Shown here: positions 1 through 9,487 of the stretch, in pieces
How the letters are laid out: each line of letters starts with the position of its first letter
How positions within the stretch are numbered: the first letter of the stretch is position 1
Origin: an uncultured Bacillota bacterium
GTDB lineage: Bacteria > Bacillota > Clostridia > Acetivibrionales > DTU013
NCBI GenBank assembly: GCA_942493145.1
Contig: OW818679.1
Coordinates: 4,062,584-4,126,583 of the forward strand
Reading direction: 5' to 3'
DNA length: 64,000 bases
Program-made: the position numbers and the translations under genes
Notes under the pieces: generated by a model
What the model saw: the letters and a program-made list of their open reading frames with translations, nothing else
Told to the model about the DNA's origin: nothing
Database searches by the model: none

Positions 1-1646
1 AGCAACTCATCACCGTAACTATGACCCATACTGTCATTTATTCTTTTAAAATTATCAATGTCAATAAACATCACAGCAGTCCTGCCACCCTGCCTTTTTG
101 TAGTTTTTATAGCTACATCCAGTCTGTCTATCAATATGAACCTGTTTGGAAGTCCTGTAAGTACGTCATGGTATGCAAGGAAGTCAAGCTTCTCTTCCTG
201 TTTCTTCAAATTGTCAATATCCGTTTGCACACCTGCAAGCATCTGTGGCTGACCGTTCTTATCATAGAATGTCTTTCCTTTTACCCTTAACCAACGATAA
301 TCGCCTGTTATGTCTAAAATCCTGTATATATCCTCAAGTTCCGGCAACCTTCCCTCTCTGAAATCCATATATTTCTTGTGGGCAGCTTCCCTGTCCTGGG
401 GATGAATGAATTCTTCCCAGTTAACATGCGGCAGTACCCTCATTTCTTCCGGTCCGATGATTTCCTGGACCCACTTGTTGGATAGCAGGGATTCGCCTGT
501 ATTAAGGTTAATATACCAGATTCCGTCATCACTGGCCTCCATGATAACCTCCAGCATCCTGTTCTTCTCCTCCAGGATATCCTGCCCTTCTATGAGTTTT
601 TCATTCTGTTGCCTTAATTCCTCTTCAGATGCAATTACCTCTTCATTGAGCATGGTCAGGTCATAGTTCTTAACCTTCAGTTCCTCAATTATTGGCTGGG
701 AAATGAATTTTGTGCCATAGAAAACAAGGACTGTAGCCACTGCCGTCAAAATGATTGAAATAATCACGATAAAAGTGTTCATGCGGGTGACTGGAGCCCT
801 GGCTTCACTCATACTTCCTTCTATGGCAAGTGACCATCCTGTTTCCGGCACAAAGCTATATGCTGCCATCATCCTCTGGTTGTCTTTCCAGTACTCGATA
901 GTCCCCGCACCCAATATTCCGCTTTTCTCCCGGTTGGACAATACTTCCATTATTTCTTTTGTTTCAACAGGTCTCCCTATCCTTTCGGTTTGCGGGTTGT
1001 ATATATAATTCCCTTTTTCATCAATCAGGAAAGCATAGCTGGATTCAATGCCGCTCAGTTTCATTCCCTTCATATATCCTGCCATGCTTTCAGAGAGTAC
1101 AAGCGTAGCAATATATCCAAGTATCTCCGAACTATTCTCATCGATTACCGGATGGGTTATGGCAAAAAACTGACTGCCTGTTCGCAGGGACATGAGAGTT
1201 TCACTTATGCTATTCTTTCCGTTAGCCAGTGTCCTTATATGGTAGTCTCTTTTCGAAAGATCAATTCCAAGCATGGAAGCGTGATAGCTTGTGGTTGCTA
1301 TATTTATTCCTTTGGCGTCTACGAGGATTATTCCTTCGAGATTATCACGTGAAGTGAAATATCCGTCAAGAAGTTTTGTTACAGTCTCAGATTTTTCTTT
1401 TGATTGTTGGTCATAAAAGAAATCAATTATCTTTGGATCATTGGCAAGATATTTAGGAAGATCCATTTCATATTTTATCAGCCCTGAAATGGTGTGAATC
1501 TCGGCTTTGACCATGTCAACAGCGCTTGCTTTCGCAGTCTCCTCGATTATTCGGCCGGACTCGTAGTTGTTGAGGAGTCCTTCGGTAACAATCGTTAAGT
1601 TCAAGAGCACGATCATGAACAAGGTAAGCTTTGTCCTGAAATTCAT
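1..1646 (-). CDS. Sensor diguanylate cyclase (Cache-like extracellular domain, TM, PAS, start of GGDEF); the 3' end runs off the left window edge
   Basis: Absent from the ORF track because it has no in-window stop. Reverse-strand translation from ATG at 1646 (GGAGG 5 nt upstream) stays open to position 1. It starts MNFRTKLTLFMIVLLNL. It has a PAS-like segment, LEVIMEASDDGIWYINL. It ends LAYHDVLTGLPNRF...FIDIDNFKRINDSMGHSYGDELL, which is the N-terminal half of a GGDEF domain. Confidence 0.8.
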   Translation of the reverse strand, partial: MNFRTKLTLFMIVLLNLTIVTEGLLNNYESGRIIEETAKASAVDMVKAEIHTISGLIKYEMDLPKYLANDPKIIDFFYDQQSKEKSETVTKLLDGYFTSRDNLEGIILVDAKGINIATTSYHASMLGIDLSKRDYHIRTLANGKNSISETLMSLRTGSQFFAITHPVIDENSSEILGYIATLVLSESMAGYMKGMKLSGIESSYAFLIDEKGNYIYNPQTERIGRPVETKEIMEVLSNREKSGILGAGTIEYWKDNQRMMAAYSFVPETGWSLAIEGSMSEARAPVTRMNTFIVIISIILTAVATVLVFYGTKFISQPIIEELKVKNYDLTMLNEEVIASEEELRQQNEKLIEGQDILEEKNRMLEVIMEASDDGIWYINLNTGESLLSNKWVQEIIGPEEMRVLPHVNWEEFIHPQDREAAHKKYMDFREGRLPELEDIYRILDITGDYRWLRVKGKTFYDKNGQPQMLAGVQTDIDNLKKQEEKLDFLAYHDVLTGLPNRFILIDRLDVAIKTTKRQGGRTAVMFIDIDNFKRINDSMGHSYGDEL

Positions 1647-1677
1647 TTCATCCTCCACCAGCTGATGTTTTCTTACG

Positions 1678-4020
1678 CTATCTGAACATACCGCCCCACT
1701 CAACCACTGTAAATCCATCCCTGCTTATTCGCTCCACCTGCTGTGGTATGAGGAGGGGTTCTTCATCTCCCGATATGAAATAGAACCATATCCTGAAAAT
1801 GCTGTCCGGCATTGAATCGATTTTCACCGGCATAGCCCTGTCAATCAGTGCTGTCTCCTGGGGATAAACCAAATATTGTTTATCCGGATCAAGCTTTTCG
1901 CTCCAGAATTCAATGAAATCGCGCTTCTCTCTTTCATTGAAACCGTATAGATCAAGAATATCCTCAAATGCATCCACCCTTCCCTTTACAGGGAGCTTCC
2001 ATGCCGCAGATCTCTGAAAATACTTTTCTTCCACATCCGCTTCGTAAAAGAGATATTCGTACTCATCAACAGTTCTTCCTATTTTATCTTCATCATCGGA
2101 GACCACCTTGAATATCCTTCCATCCGGCGTTGCTGTAACATTCCAGCCGTCTGAATAATCGGGAATAGTTGTTGTGAGCTTTTCAGGCTTGCAGAATGTA
2201 ACCTCTACCTTCTGAGTCTTTACGGGATAAAGGTATATGTTAGGTTTCAATACAGGTATGGACAGCTTATTCGTATCCGGCAGCGGACGATAGGTTGTTC
2301 CTATCTGCGTAAAGCCACTGTCCGTCTTGCCATTGAAGCTGTCAGGCGTATTCCCGGTCCAATGCTTGTTTTTATCCGCCGAGGGTTTCGCAGGCTTTCC
2401 CGTTACTGGCTTCTTGTCCTTATCCAGTCCTCCTGCGGTAGCATCCTTCACCTTGGGGTCGAGCTTCTTTATCTTATCCTTGATCGGATTTGTTTTGTCT
2501 TTTTCTTTGTCTTTGTCAGCCTCTGTCTTTTCCTTGTCAGTGATGCCCTTCTTCTTGTCGATTTCTTCCTGGAGTTTCTTTTTTATATCCTCCATGGTCA
2601 TGTTCGGGTTAGCGTCCTTCATCTTCTTGACCCATTCCATGAAGCCCTCCATAAGATCAATCTTGCTCTTGTCCAGAGTTGAATCAAGGGTTTCAAGATA
2701 CTTGCCATATGCCTCGTTTATATCCCTCATCCTGCCGCTGCGTGTAAACGGGTCGACCAGTTTGTCCAGGATACCCTGGTCTCCGTTCACTATCCTGTCA
2801 ATAGAACGTCTTGTTTCGTCATCAAGGACTTTGTTCATGTTCCTATGCCCAAGGTCCATTATTCCATCTGGATCGAAGTCCTGAAACTTGTCTTTAAACC
2901 AGTTGTCCTCTGTTTTGACCGTTATCTTCTCCCCCTTGGCAAGCTGCACCAGTTGCTCGGGTGAAAGCTTTGGCCAATCTTCCTTCTTGCCATTTTCATA
3001 AGCTACATAAAGCTCCTGAAGCTTGTTGAATTCTGCTTCGGTGAGGGTAAGTCCTGAACTGCCGGGAATCGGTTTGAAGTTTTCGTCGAAAACAGCAAAC
3101 CTTCCGTCTCCCAGATTCAATATCTTTAGATCCTTGTCAAACTTCATCAAATCCGTCTTGATTACAGGTCCGAAATCTGAAAGTCCTATCTGATTCAATC
3201 CGTCGGTATACTGTGTCTTAAAGTTGGGATTTATATCACCTTTGTGGACACTTTCCCAAGCTGCCTTCGCAGCAGCATCTCCAAGGCCTGCAGCCTGTCC
3301 ATACGCATTGAGGATCTCACCGATAGGCCGCAAAGGAGTATCCTGCATCTTGTCTCCGGCAAAGGTCAGAACCTCTTTGGTGGCGTTAAGGAAGCCAACC
3401 AGGTTCTGGGCTGTTTCAGGCGCTTCAGGGTGGTTCTCCTTGGCCTGCTGGTATGCATTATAGGCATCAAGGGCTTTTTGCGCTGCTTCCACATAACCCT
3501 TGGCATGCTCTTCATAGGCTTCGGAGCCTTTCTCGTACATCTCCGTATACTTTTCCTTGTTTACTATCCAATCGGTCTCAGTCATACCAAGCGTCTTGCG
3601 GGCCTGGTTCTCAACTTGCTGCTGTATTTCATCCTTATGCTCTTCGTAGTATTCCTCGCCCTTTTCCTTTGCCTTTTCAATGGCTTTTTCCTTCAGATCC
3701 TCTATCTTTTTTGCTACTTCAGCTTCTTTTTCCAGCTGACCCTTGTAGCGGTCTATCTCAGTCTTCTGGTTTACAGCCATCTGCTTTTCGATTGCCGTTA
3801 CCCTGTCCTGGGGATAATATTTCCCTGCATTCCTCATTTTTATGGCGTACTTCATTTCAGCCACAAGCTCCTGGGTTGTCATCTTGGAAGGGTTGTTGAA
3901 CAGTGGCTTCATATCATGGTTGAATCCGTCTCCTGTGGCTGCATACGCCGGCGATGCTGTAAGGAAGCAGACTGATAATGCAAATGCAACCAATGCAATT
4001 ATTATAAATGACTTTTTCAT
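1678..4020 (-). CDS. Secreted protein of unknown function: signal peptide, long Lys/Glu-rich coiled-coil region, conserved-looking C-terminal ~190-aa domain
   Basis: Long ORF. The likely start is ATG at 4020 (MKKSFIIIALVAFALSVCFLTASPAYA), with GGAGG 7 nt upstream. The tracked GTG at 4026 is too close to the RBS. I recognise no family. Confidence 0.65.
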   Translation of the reverse strand: MKKSFIIIALVAFALSVCFLTASPAYAATGDGFNHDMKPLFNNPSKMTTQELVAEMKYAIKMRNAGKYYPQDRVTAIEKQMAVNQKTEIDRYKGQLEKEAEVAKKIEDLKEKAIEKAKEKGEEYYEEHKDEIQQQVENQARKTLGMTETDWIVNKEKYTEMYEKGSEAYEEHAKGYVEAAQKALDAYNAYQQAKENHPEAPETAQNLVGFLNATKEVLTFAGDKMQDTPLRPIGEILNAYGQAAGLGDAAAKAAWESVHKGDINPNFKTQYTDGLNQIGLSDFGPVIKTDLMKFDKDLKILNLGDGRFAVFDENFKPIPGSSGLTLTEAEFNKLQELYVAYENGKKEDWPKLSPEQLVQLAKGEKITVKTEDNWFKDKFQDFDPDGIMDLGHRNMNKVLDDETRRSIDRIVNGDQGILDKLVDPFTRSGRMRDINEAYGKYLETLDSTLDKSKIDLMEGFMEWVKKMKDANPNMTMEDIKKKLQEEIDKKKGITDKEKTEADKDKEKDKTNPIKDKIKKLDPKVKDATAGGLDKDKKPVTGKPAKPSADKNKHWTGNTPDSFNGKTDSGFTQIGTTYRPLPDTNKLSIPVLKPNIYLYPVKTQKVEVTFCKPEKLTTTIPDYSDGWNVTATPDGRIFKVVSDDEDKIGRTVDEYEYLFYEADVEEKYFQRSAAWKLPVKGRVDAFEDILDLYGFNEREKRDFIEFWSEKLDPDKQYLVYPQETALIDRAMPVKIDSMPDSIFRIWFYFISGDEEPLLIPQQVERISRDGFTVVEWGGMFR

Positions 4021-4032
4021 CTCCACTCCTCC

Positions 4033-4890
4033 TTACTGAACACCGGAGCCTGATACAGCTCCGTCGGCCTGGTCGGCCTGTTGTGTTTTTGTATAACCGT
4101 TATATACCATCATTTCCTCATCAAAACCCGATGCCATTTCAAGGGCCTTTTTATACTCAGCATCTGCCTCTTCCCAGGAGTGTATGTTTGCATATGCCTG
4201 CGCCAGCTTTACCCTTTTCTCAATTGAATCGGGCTGCCCGTCCACTGCAAGCTTGTAATAGTATATCCCTCTCAAATTGTCATCCAACCCCCAGTAACAG
4301 TCTCCCAGGGTCATATATGCATCTGCATAATCAGGCTGCAGCTTGATTATATATCGCAACGTATCTATTGCAGTGCTATAGTTTTTCTCCTCATACCATA
4401 ATATTGCATAATTGTATCGCGCATCTAAATCGTACCCGTTTTGATTGAGGATTTCTTCATACCTGCGCTTCGCCTCCTGATTGTTTCCAGCTTCTGCATA
4501 CAGGGATCCCAACTCATACTTGATGTTCCTGCTGAATTCAGTAAGGTTTGAGCTTTCTTTTTCCAGCCAGGCTGCTGCTTTCTCTGCATTTTCTTTTTCC
4601 AGTATCTTTTCAGCTCTGGCGATCATGGTCTTTTCATCATTAACATCTGTAAGGGTTTCTGCTGAAAAAAGCCCTGCAAGGAAAAGCACTGCGAGTGCAA
4701 GAACTGCTAATGACATTATCCCTTTGCCAATCATGCCCCCCATTTTGGGGAATAGTTTACCAACCAGGACGTTTATCAGCACAAGGAGAAGGCCGCAGGC
4801 TATGAGTAGGGCATGCAGTCCGGTGTAGCCGTGGATTGCAATATCAGCTCCAGCTCCCAGCAATATAAGTATTCCAAACAATACCATCAT
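4033..4890 (-). CDS. Membrane-anchored TPR-repeat protein
   Basis: N-terminal TM helices are followed by TPR-like repeats (LGSLYAEAGNNQEAKRRYEEIL, AILWYEEKNYSTAIDTLRYII, MTLGDCYWGLDDNLRGIYYYKLAV). Start reassigned to ATGATG at 4890, which has GGAGG 9 nt upstream and lies just after the upstream gene's TAA. Confidence 0.7.
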   Translation of the reverse strand: MMVLFGILILLGAGADIAIHGYTGLHALLIACGLLLVLINVLVGKLFPKMGGMIGKGIMSLAVLALAVLFLAGLFSAETLTDVNDEKTMIARAEKILEKENAEKAAAWLEKESSNLTEFSRNIKYELGSLYAEAGNNQEAKRRYEEILNQNGYDLDARYNYAILWYEEKNYSTAIDTLRYIIKLQPDYADAYMTLGDCYWGLDDNLRGIYYYKLAVDGQPDSIEKRVKLAQAYANIHSWEEADAEYKKALEMASGFDEEMMVYNGYTKTQQADQADGAVSGSGVQ

Positions 4891-4891
4891 A

Positions 4892-7477
4892 TTATTGTCC
4901 CTCCTTCTGCTTGAGAAGTGCACTTATCTCCTGGATTTGTATGGTCGAATGTATCGAAACCCCAAAGTGGTCTGTATTATGATCTTCCGCTGGCATATAC
5001 ACAAGGGTCTTCTGGAAAGCTCCCATTGCCTCTTCGTATCTTTCCGTCTTTTTCATGACATGTGCAAGTGAAAACCATGCAAATGGGTCCTCTGGGAAAA
5101 TCACCAGAGCCTGCCTGTACATTTCCTCGGCTTCCGCATAGTACTCAGGCTTGTTCTGTGTGCCGGCCATCTCGAAATACACATTGCCAAGCATGTAATA
5201 CGGCTTTGAGAATCCAGGTGCCAGGTAGATTGCATCTTTCAGAAATTTCTCGCCTTGTACGTAATCTGCTGTCTTCCAGAAGTATGCACCATATATGTAA
5301 TTATAGGCAAACAGGTTGGTATCCTTGATCATTTCGAGGGCTTCCCCTGCTTTGGCGTCCTGCTGCATCAGATATTCATACTTATAGACATACAGGCTGT
5401 AAAAATCATCGTATGTGGTAAAGATACCGGTTTCGGGTTCCATAGCATCCGAGAATTTTGACAACTGCTCGAGTGAACCGGAATAGTCCCGTTTCAAAAG
5501 ATCGATGACCGCCTTGCAGTAAAGTGAGAACCATCTGCCCGGCTCTTTTGCCAATATCCCGTCTATTATTGTTTCCGCCTGTTGTGCCGCCTCGGAATAA
5601 CTAAAGTCGGTGTTCTTCCTTAGCAGAGAATATGCGTATTGTTCTGATATATCCGGATTGTCCGGGTACTGTGCATAGGATGACTCCAGCGAAGTCTCCA
5701 TAACACTCTGGTTGCCTGCCCTCATTGCTATGCCGGTTGCAAAGTCCTGTGCCCATTGCTCACCGGGAAATTGTTTGAGTATTGTCTGGGAGGCTTTTAT
5801 AGCTTCTTCATATATCTTTCCGTCCTGCTTGATTTCCAGATCCGTTAATGCAATCAGGTAGTTGACCGCAAGATTTTCCGGCATTACCTGTTGCAGTTGT
5901 TTAAGCTCTGCCATCGCTTCAGGGTAGAGCTGGTTTTCATAATATGATATGGCAATTGTAGCGAAGTTCTCCATATAGGCAACGTCTCCTGCCACATACT
6001 GCTCCGCCAGTTTGCCTGCGGAGTTCGCCCCAATACCGTCAAGTTGCCGCAATCGGTTGTAGACACCGGCCTTAATCAGTTTATCGGCGATGTCTGCAGA
6101 TTTGTCTTTCATATTGTTTGCATTATAAAGCTTCATTAGTTCAAAATATGAATCATACCACTCAGGAGAGAGCCGTATGGCCTGCTCCAGGTATGTGATG
6201 CTGGTGGACGGGTTGCTTTCCCTCTGCCTCATTGCATCGATATAATAAACCAGGCCACTGTTTGGCCAATATGTATATGCATTTGTGATTGCGGCATTGG
6301 CCTTCGCACCCAATTCTGCCTTTGCTTTTTCAGTTACATTTTTATCCTTCACCGCCTGCGCATTGTAAAGATACCCTTCAAAAGCCTGTGAAACTGCAAA
6401 AGCTCTCTTGTAACCGGTTCCGCAAAGATACAGCCTGTCTGCATTCCTGTCTTCCTCAGCCTTTGCGGTAAGGTCTGCACGGTACTCATCGATTTCATTT
6501 TCGATTGAGCCGGCTACAGGTATAACAGAATATATGGATCCGATTATAAAAAGTGCAAGAAGTATAAGTCCTGGAAGTGGGTTTCCACGCTTGGGAGGCT
6601 GCATTGCCTGGTATTGTGGGGCCTGGTATTGCGGCGTCTCGTATTGCGGTGACTGGTATTGTGGGGCCTGGTATTGCGGCATCTCGTATTGCGGTGACTG
6701 GTATTGCGGTTCTTTAATTATATCTGCTTTGGTGTTTTTTACATCAATTAGCTTTATGGTAAACAACATTACAAATCCAATAAAACATGCCAGCAGAACA
6801 TACCGGTAAAACAGTGCCAATGACGCCGACATTGCCGTACCCTTGAGAAACTCCCAAGCATGGCTGTAAATGATAATTCCCACCGCTATTGATAGAATGA
6901 TAATTACAATAAGTGCGAGTAAGAATAGCGGCTTTTTCAAACACAGCTTAAGTGATTTCGCCAGTGCCCTTCCATATCCGTTCATGTCTGTCTTCTCATA
7001 AGCCAGCCGCCAGGATACATTAAGGAACAAAACAAACAAAAAGGCTGCAACGACCAGTGCGGCTATAGCGCCAAAGAATGCAGGAGTCAAATCCAGCTTG
7101 ATTATTGGCGGAATTATGTATTCCAGTAATTCGATAATGCATATTCCAAAAAGGAAATTAAGCATGGATGCAATGCTTTGATTGTCGGATTTTATGGTTG
7201 AGGAACCTTCCGGGGTAGCTTTTGTAGCTGTAGCAGACGTGTTGTCCCGATTGTTGATAAGTCTTTTTACCGCGAGTTGGAAAAATACAGCGCCCAGGGC
7301 AATTCCAATCAGTCGGAAAAAGATATCCAGAATAAATGGAACGTGCTCCTGCTTGAGAATAATGAACATTGCACCCGCAAAGTCACCCATAAGGACCGAC
7401 AAAGGAACAAACAGAACGAATAAGGCCGCTAAAAGGCTTGTCCTGTTCCCGGTAGCTTGCTTGATTTCAGCAAACAT
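4892..7477 (-). CDS. Polytopic membrane protein with a PQYQ pentapeptide repeat linker and a large C-terminal TPR-repeat region
   Basis: 861-aa ORF. About 6 hydrophobic helices come first, then EPQYQSPQYEMPQYQAPQYQSPQYETPQYQAPQYQ, another TM helix, and many TPR-like repeats. Confidence 0.75.
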   Translation of the reverse strand: MFAEIKQATGNRTSLLAALFVLFVPLSVLMGDFAGAMFIILKQEHVPFILDIFFRLIGIALGAVFFQLAVKRLINNRDNTSATATKATPEGSSTIKSDNQSIASMLNFLFGICIIELLEYIIPPIIKLDLTPAFFGAIAALVVAAFLFVLFLNVSWRLAYEKTDMNGYGRALAKSLKLCLKKPLFLLALIVIIILSIAVGIIIYSHAWEFLKGTAMSASLALFYRYVLLACFIGFVMLFTIKLIDVKNTKADIIKEPQYQSPQYEMPQYQAPQYQSPQYETPQYQAPQYQAMQPPKRGNPLPGLILLALFIIGSIYSVIPVAGSIENEIDEYRADLTAKAEEDRNADRLYLCGTGYKRAFAVSQAFEGYLYNAQAVKDKNVTEKAKAELGAKANAAITNAYTYWPNSGLVYYIDAMRQRESNPSTSITYLEQAIRLSPEWYDSYFELMKLYNANNMKDKSADIADKLIKAGVYNRLRQLDGIGANSAGKLAEQYVAGDVAYMENFATIAISYYENQLYPEAMAELKQLQQVMPENLAVNYLIALTDLEIKQDGKIYEEAIKASQTILKQFPGEQWAQDFATGIAMRAGNQSVMETSLESSYAQYPDNPDISEQYAYSLLRKNTDFSYSEAAQQAETIIDGILAKEPGRWFSLYCKAVIDLLKRDYSGSLEQLSKFSDAMEPETGIFTTYDDFYSLYVYKYEYLMQQDAKAGEALEMIKDTNLFAYNYIYGAYFWKTADYVQGEKFLKDAIYLAPGFSKPYYMLGNVYFEMAGTQNKPEYYAEAEEMYRQALVIFPEDPFAWFSLAHVMKKTERYEEAMGAFQKTLVYMPAEDHNTDHFGVSIHSTIQIQEISALLKQKEGQ
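6606..6712 (-). repeat. In-frame tandem repeat, 15-nt period (about 7 copies, with a 45-nt super-period), encoding xPQYQ
   Basis: ctggtattg(t/c)gg-type units are visible directly on the plus strand. The plus-strand shadow ORF translates to WYCGAWYCG. Confidence 0.9.
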
Positions 7478-7480
7478 TTC

Positions 7481-7741
7481 TCATCCCCCCAATTGTATCT
7501 CTAATTTATCAAACCAAACCTTATCTATAAATTGTTCACGTGGAAAAAATGTCCTTTTGAAAATGCCAAGTTCTCTTGTATTCTTCTTCAGCCATAAAGG
7601 CACAGGGATATCAAGACCGGCACAAAGATCGACAAGGCACTTTTCAAGCCTGTCGTGGAAAGGCTGTTTTGAGTCGTACTCAGCCACTTCTGCTTCCCTT
7701 ATGAGTTTACCATCCAAATAAAGCTTACCGTTAAGTGTCAA
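7481..7741 (-). CDS. Small hypothetical protein (86 aa)
   Basis: ORF with a TTG start 7 nt after GGAG. Its stop overlaps the RBS of the 861-aa gene, so it is probably co-transcribed. No family recognised. Confidence 0.5.
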   Translation of the reverse strand: MTLNGKLYLDGKLIREAEVAEYDSKQPFHDRLEKCLVDLCAGLDIPVPLWLKKNTRELGIFKRTFFPREQFIDKVWFDKLEIQLGG

Positions 7742-7848
7742 ATAATTCTCCTTCTCTTAAGTGCAAGTTAATACTTCTAATTATACTATCAGTACTGTAC
7801 CAATTCAACAAACCCCTACACAAGTTTGCCACAAATTCCTTATGATAA

Positions 7849-7878
7849 CAAAAAAAGCATAAGTCTGGCTCATGCTTT
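7849..7878 (-). terminator. Rho-independent terminator after cimA
   Basis: On the minus strand, the hairpin aagcatgagccagacttatgctt is followed by a T run (plus-strand A run at 7849-7856). Confidence 0.5.
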
Positions 7879-7909
7879 ATATGTCTTATTCCCTTATCAT
7901 TTGTCCCAG

Positions 7910-9484
7910 TCAGGTCATATTTCCGTCCATACCAAGCTTGTATTCTATGGAATCTACAAGTGCAAGCCAGCTGGCTTCAATTATGTCGGTGGATACGCCT
8001 ATGGTCGTCCATATCTCCCTGCCGTCAGTGCTTTCAATAAGCACTCTTACCTTTGCAGCAGTTGCTGAGGTCGAATCCAGTACCCTAACCTTATAGTCGG
8101 TCAGCTTCATTTCATCAATAGACGGATAGAAACGTACAAGGACTTTCCTTAGGGCATTATCAAGGGCATTTACAGGACCGTCACCTTCTGCAGCGGTGAT
8201 TTCCTCCTGTTCGCCGACTTTTACCTTGATCATGGCAGATGAATTCAAATTATTGTTGAATGAAGGTTCATTGACCATAACCTTGAATTCCCTTAATTCG
8301 AAAAATGTCTTGTGTTTGCCGAGAACTTTTCTTATCACTAATTCGAAGGAGCTCTCCGCGCCTTCGTACTGGTAGCCTTCCAGTTCCATTTCCTTGAGTT
8401 TTTTAAGTATCATTCCAGCTTCCGCAGAGCCCTTTGAAATTGATGGTTCCACCTTGTTTATGAGATAAAGTACAGCGCTCCTCCCTGCAACCTCAGACAT
8501 CAGAAAAACTCTCTCATTTCCGACTTTTTCAGGATTGAAGAGTTCATAGGCCTCTGAGTTCTTGCTTACGGCATCTGCATGCATTCCTGCCTTATGGGCA
8601 AACGCCGTCTTTCCTACAAAAGGCGCCCTCTCATCATGTATTATATTTGCGAGCTCGCTGAAATATCTTGCTATCGTAGTCAGCTCCGACAGACCGTCTT
8701 CTTTGATGCAGCTGTAGCCGAGCATCAGCTGCAACGTCGGTATGATGGAGCACAGGTTTGCGTTGCCGGATCTTTCCCCTAATCCATTCATTGTACCCTG
8801 CACCTGAACTGCACCGGCCTGGACTGCTGAAACCGAGCATGCCACAGCCATTCCGATGTCATTATGGCTGTGGATGCCTATGGGCAGGTTGAATTGCTTT
8901 GTTATCTCTTTTGTGATGTCATATACATCCGACGGGAGGAAACCTCCTTTTGTATCGCAAAGGCACAAGCTGTCTGCTCCCGCATCCGCCGCCGCCAGAA
9001 GTGTTTTCACCGCATAGTCCGGATTTGCCCTGTAGCCGTCAAAGAAATGCTCTGCATCGTATACGACTACTTTTCCTCTATCCTTGAAAAACTTTACAGT
9101 ATCATAAATCATTCTAATGTTTTCTTCAAGTGTAGTCTTCAGGATGTCTGTCACCTGAAAGTCCCATGACTTTCCAAATACAGCCACATCGTCAGTCTCA
9201 GCCGTCAGCAGCGATACTACGCTTTCGTCCTCTTCAACGGAGATGTTGCATCTGCGCGTGCTTCCAAAGGCAATCAGTTTTGCGTTTTGAAAGCGAATAT
9301 TTTTAGCCCTTTTGAAAAACTCCAGATCCTTGGGATTGGAGCCCGGATTTCCGGCTTCAATATATGAAACCCCCATCCGGTCAAGCTTCTCTACTATTTT
9401 AAGCTTGTCTTCTATTGTATATGAAATACCTAGAGCCTGTGCTCCATCTCTTAGCGTGGAATCATAAATGAAAACCTTTTTCAT
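7910..9484 (-). CDS. cimA: Citramalate synthase (LeuA-family paralog)
   Basis: MKKVFIYDSTLRDGAQALGISYT... matches the HMGL-like N-terminus, and a LeuA-dimer-type C-terminal regulatory domain follows. It is a second LeuA-family gene directly after leuA. At 524 aa, its length and sequence style are typical of CimA. Confidence 0.75.
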   Translation of the reverse strand: MKKVFIYDSTLRDGAQALGISYTIEDKLKIVEKLDRMGVSYIEAGNPGSNPKDLEFFKRAKNIRFQNAKLIAFGSTRRCNISVEEDESVVSLLTAETDDVAVFGKSWDFQVTDILKTTLEENIRMIYDTVKFFKDRGKVVVYDAEHFFDGYRANPDYAVKTLLAAADAGADSLCLCDTKGGFLPSDVYDITKEITKQFNLPIGIHSHNDIGMAVACSVSAVQAGAVQVQGTMNGLGERSGNANLCSIIPTLQLMLGYSCIKEDGLSELTTIARYFSELANIIHDERAPFVGKTAFAHKAGMHADAVSKNSEAYELFNPEKVGNERVFLMSEVAGRSAVLYLINKVEPSISKGSAEAGMILKKLKEMELEGYQYEGAESSFELVIRKVLGKHKTFFELREFKVMVNEPSFNNNLNSSAMIKVKVGEQEEITAAEGDGPVNALDNALRKVLVRFYPSIDEMKLTDYKVRVLDSTSATAAKVRVLIESTDGREIWTTIGVSTDIIEASWLALVDSIEYKLGMDGNMT

Positions 9485-9487
9485 GGC

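Noticed and set aside
2327-3975. Plus-strand ORFs of 100-250 aa antisense to the 780-aa gene; similar ones lie opposite ilvB, leuA, the giant Fn3 genes (e.g. 52340..52978, 54218..54808) and the permease (61742..62410)
   Set aside because: They are typical antisense shadow ORFs inside long, well-supported minus-strand genes. Their translations are low-complexity, and they have no RBS.
6534-6809. 91-aa plus-strand ORF with a WYCGAWYCG repeat
   Set aside because: It is the reverse-strand shadow of the PQYQ repeat in the 861-aa membrane TPR protein.
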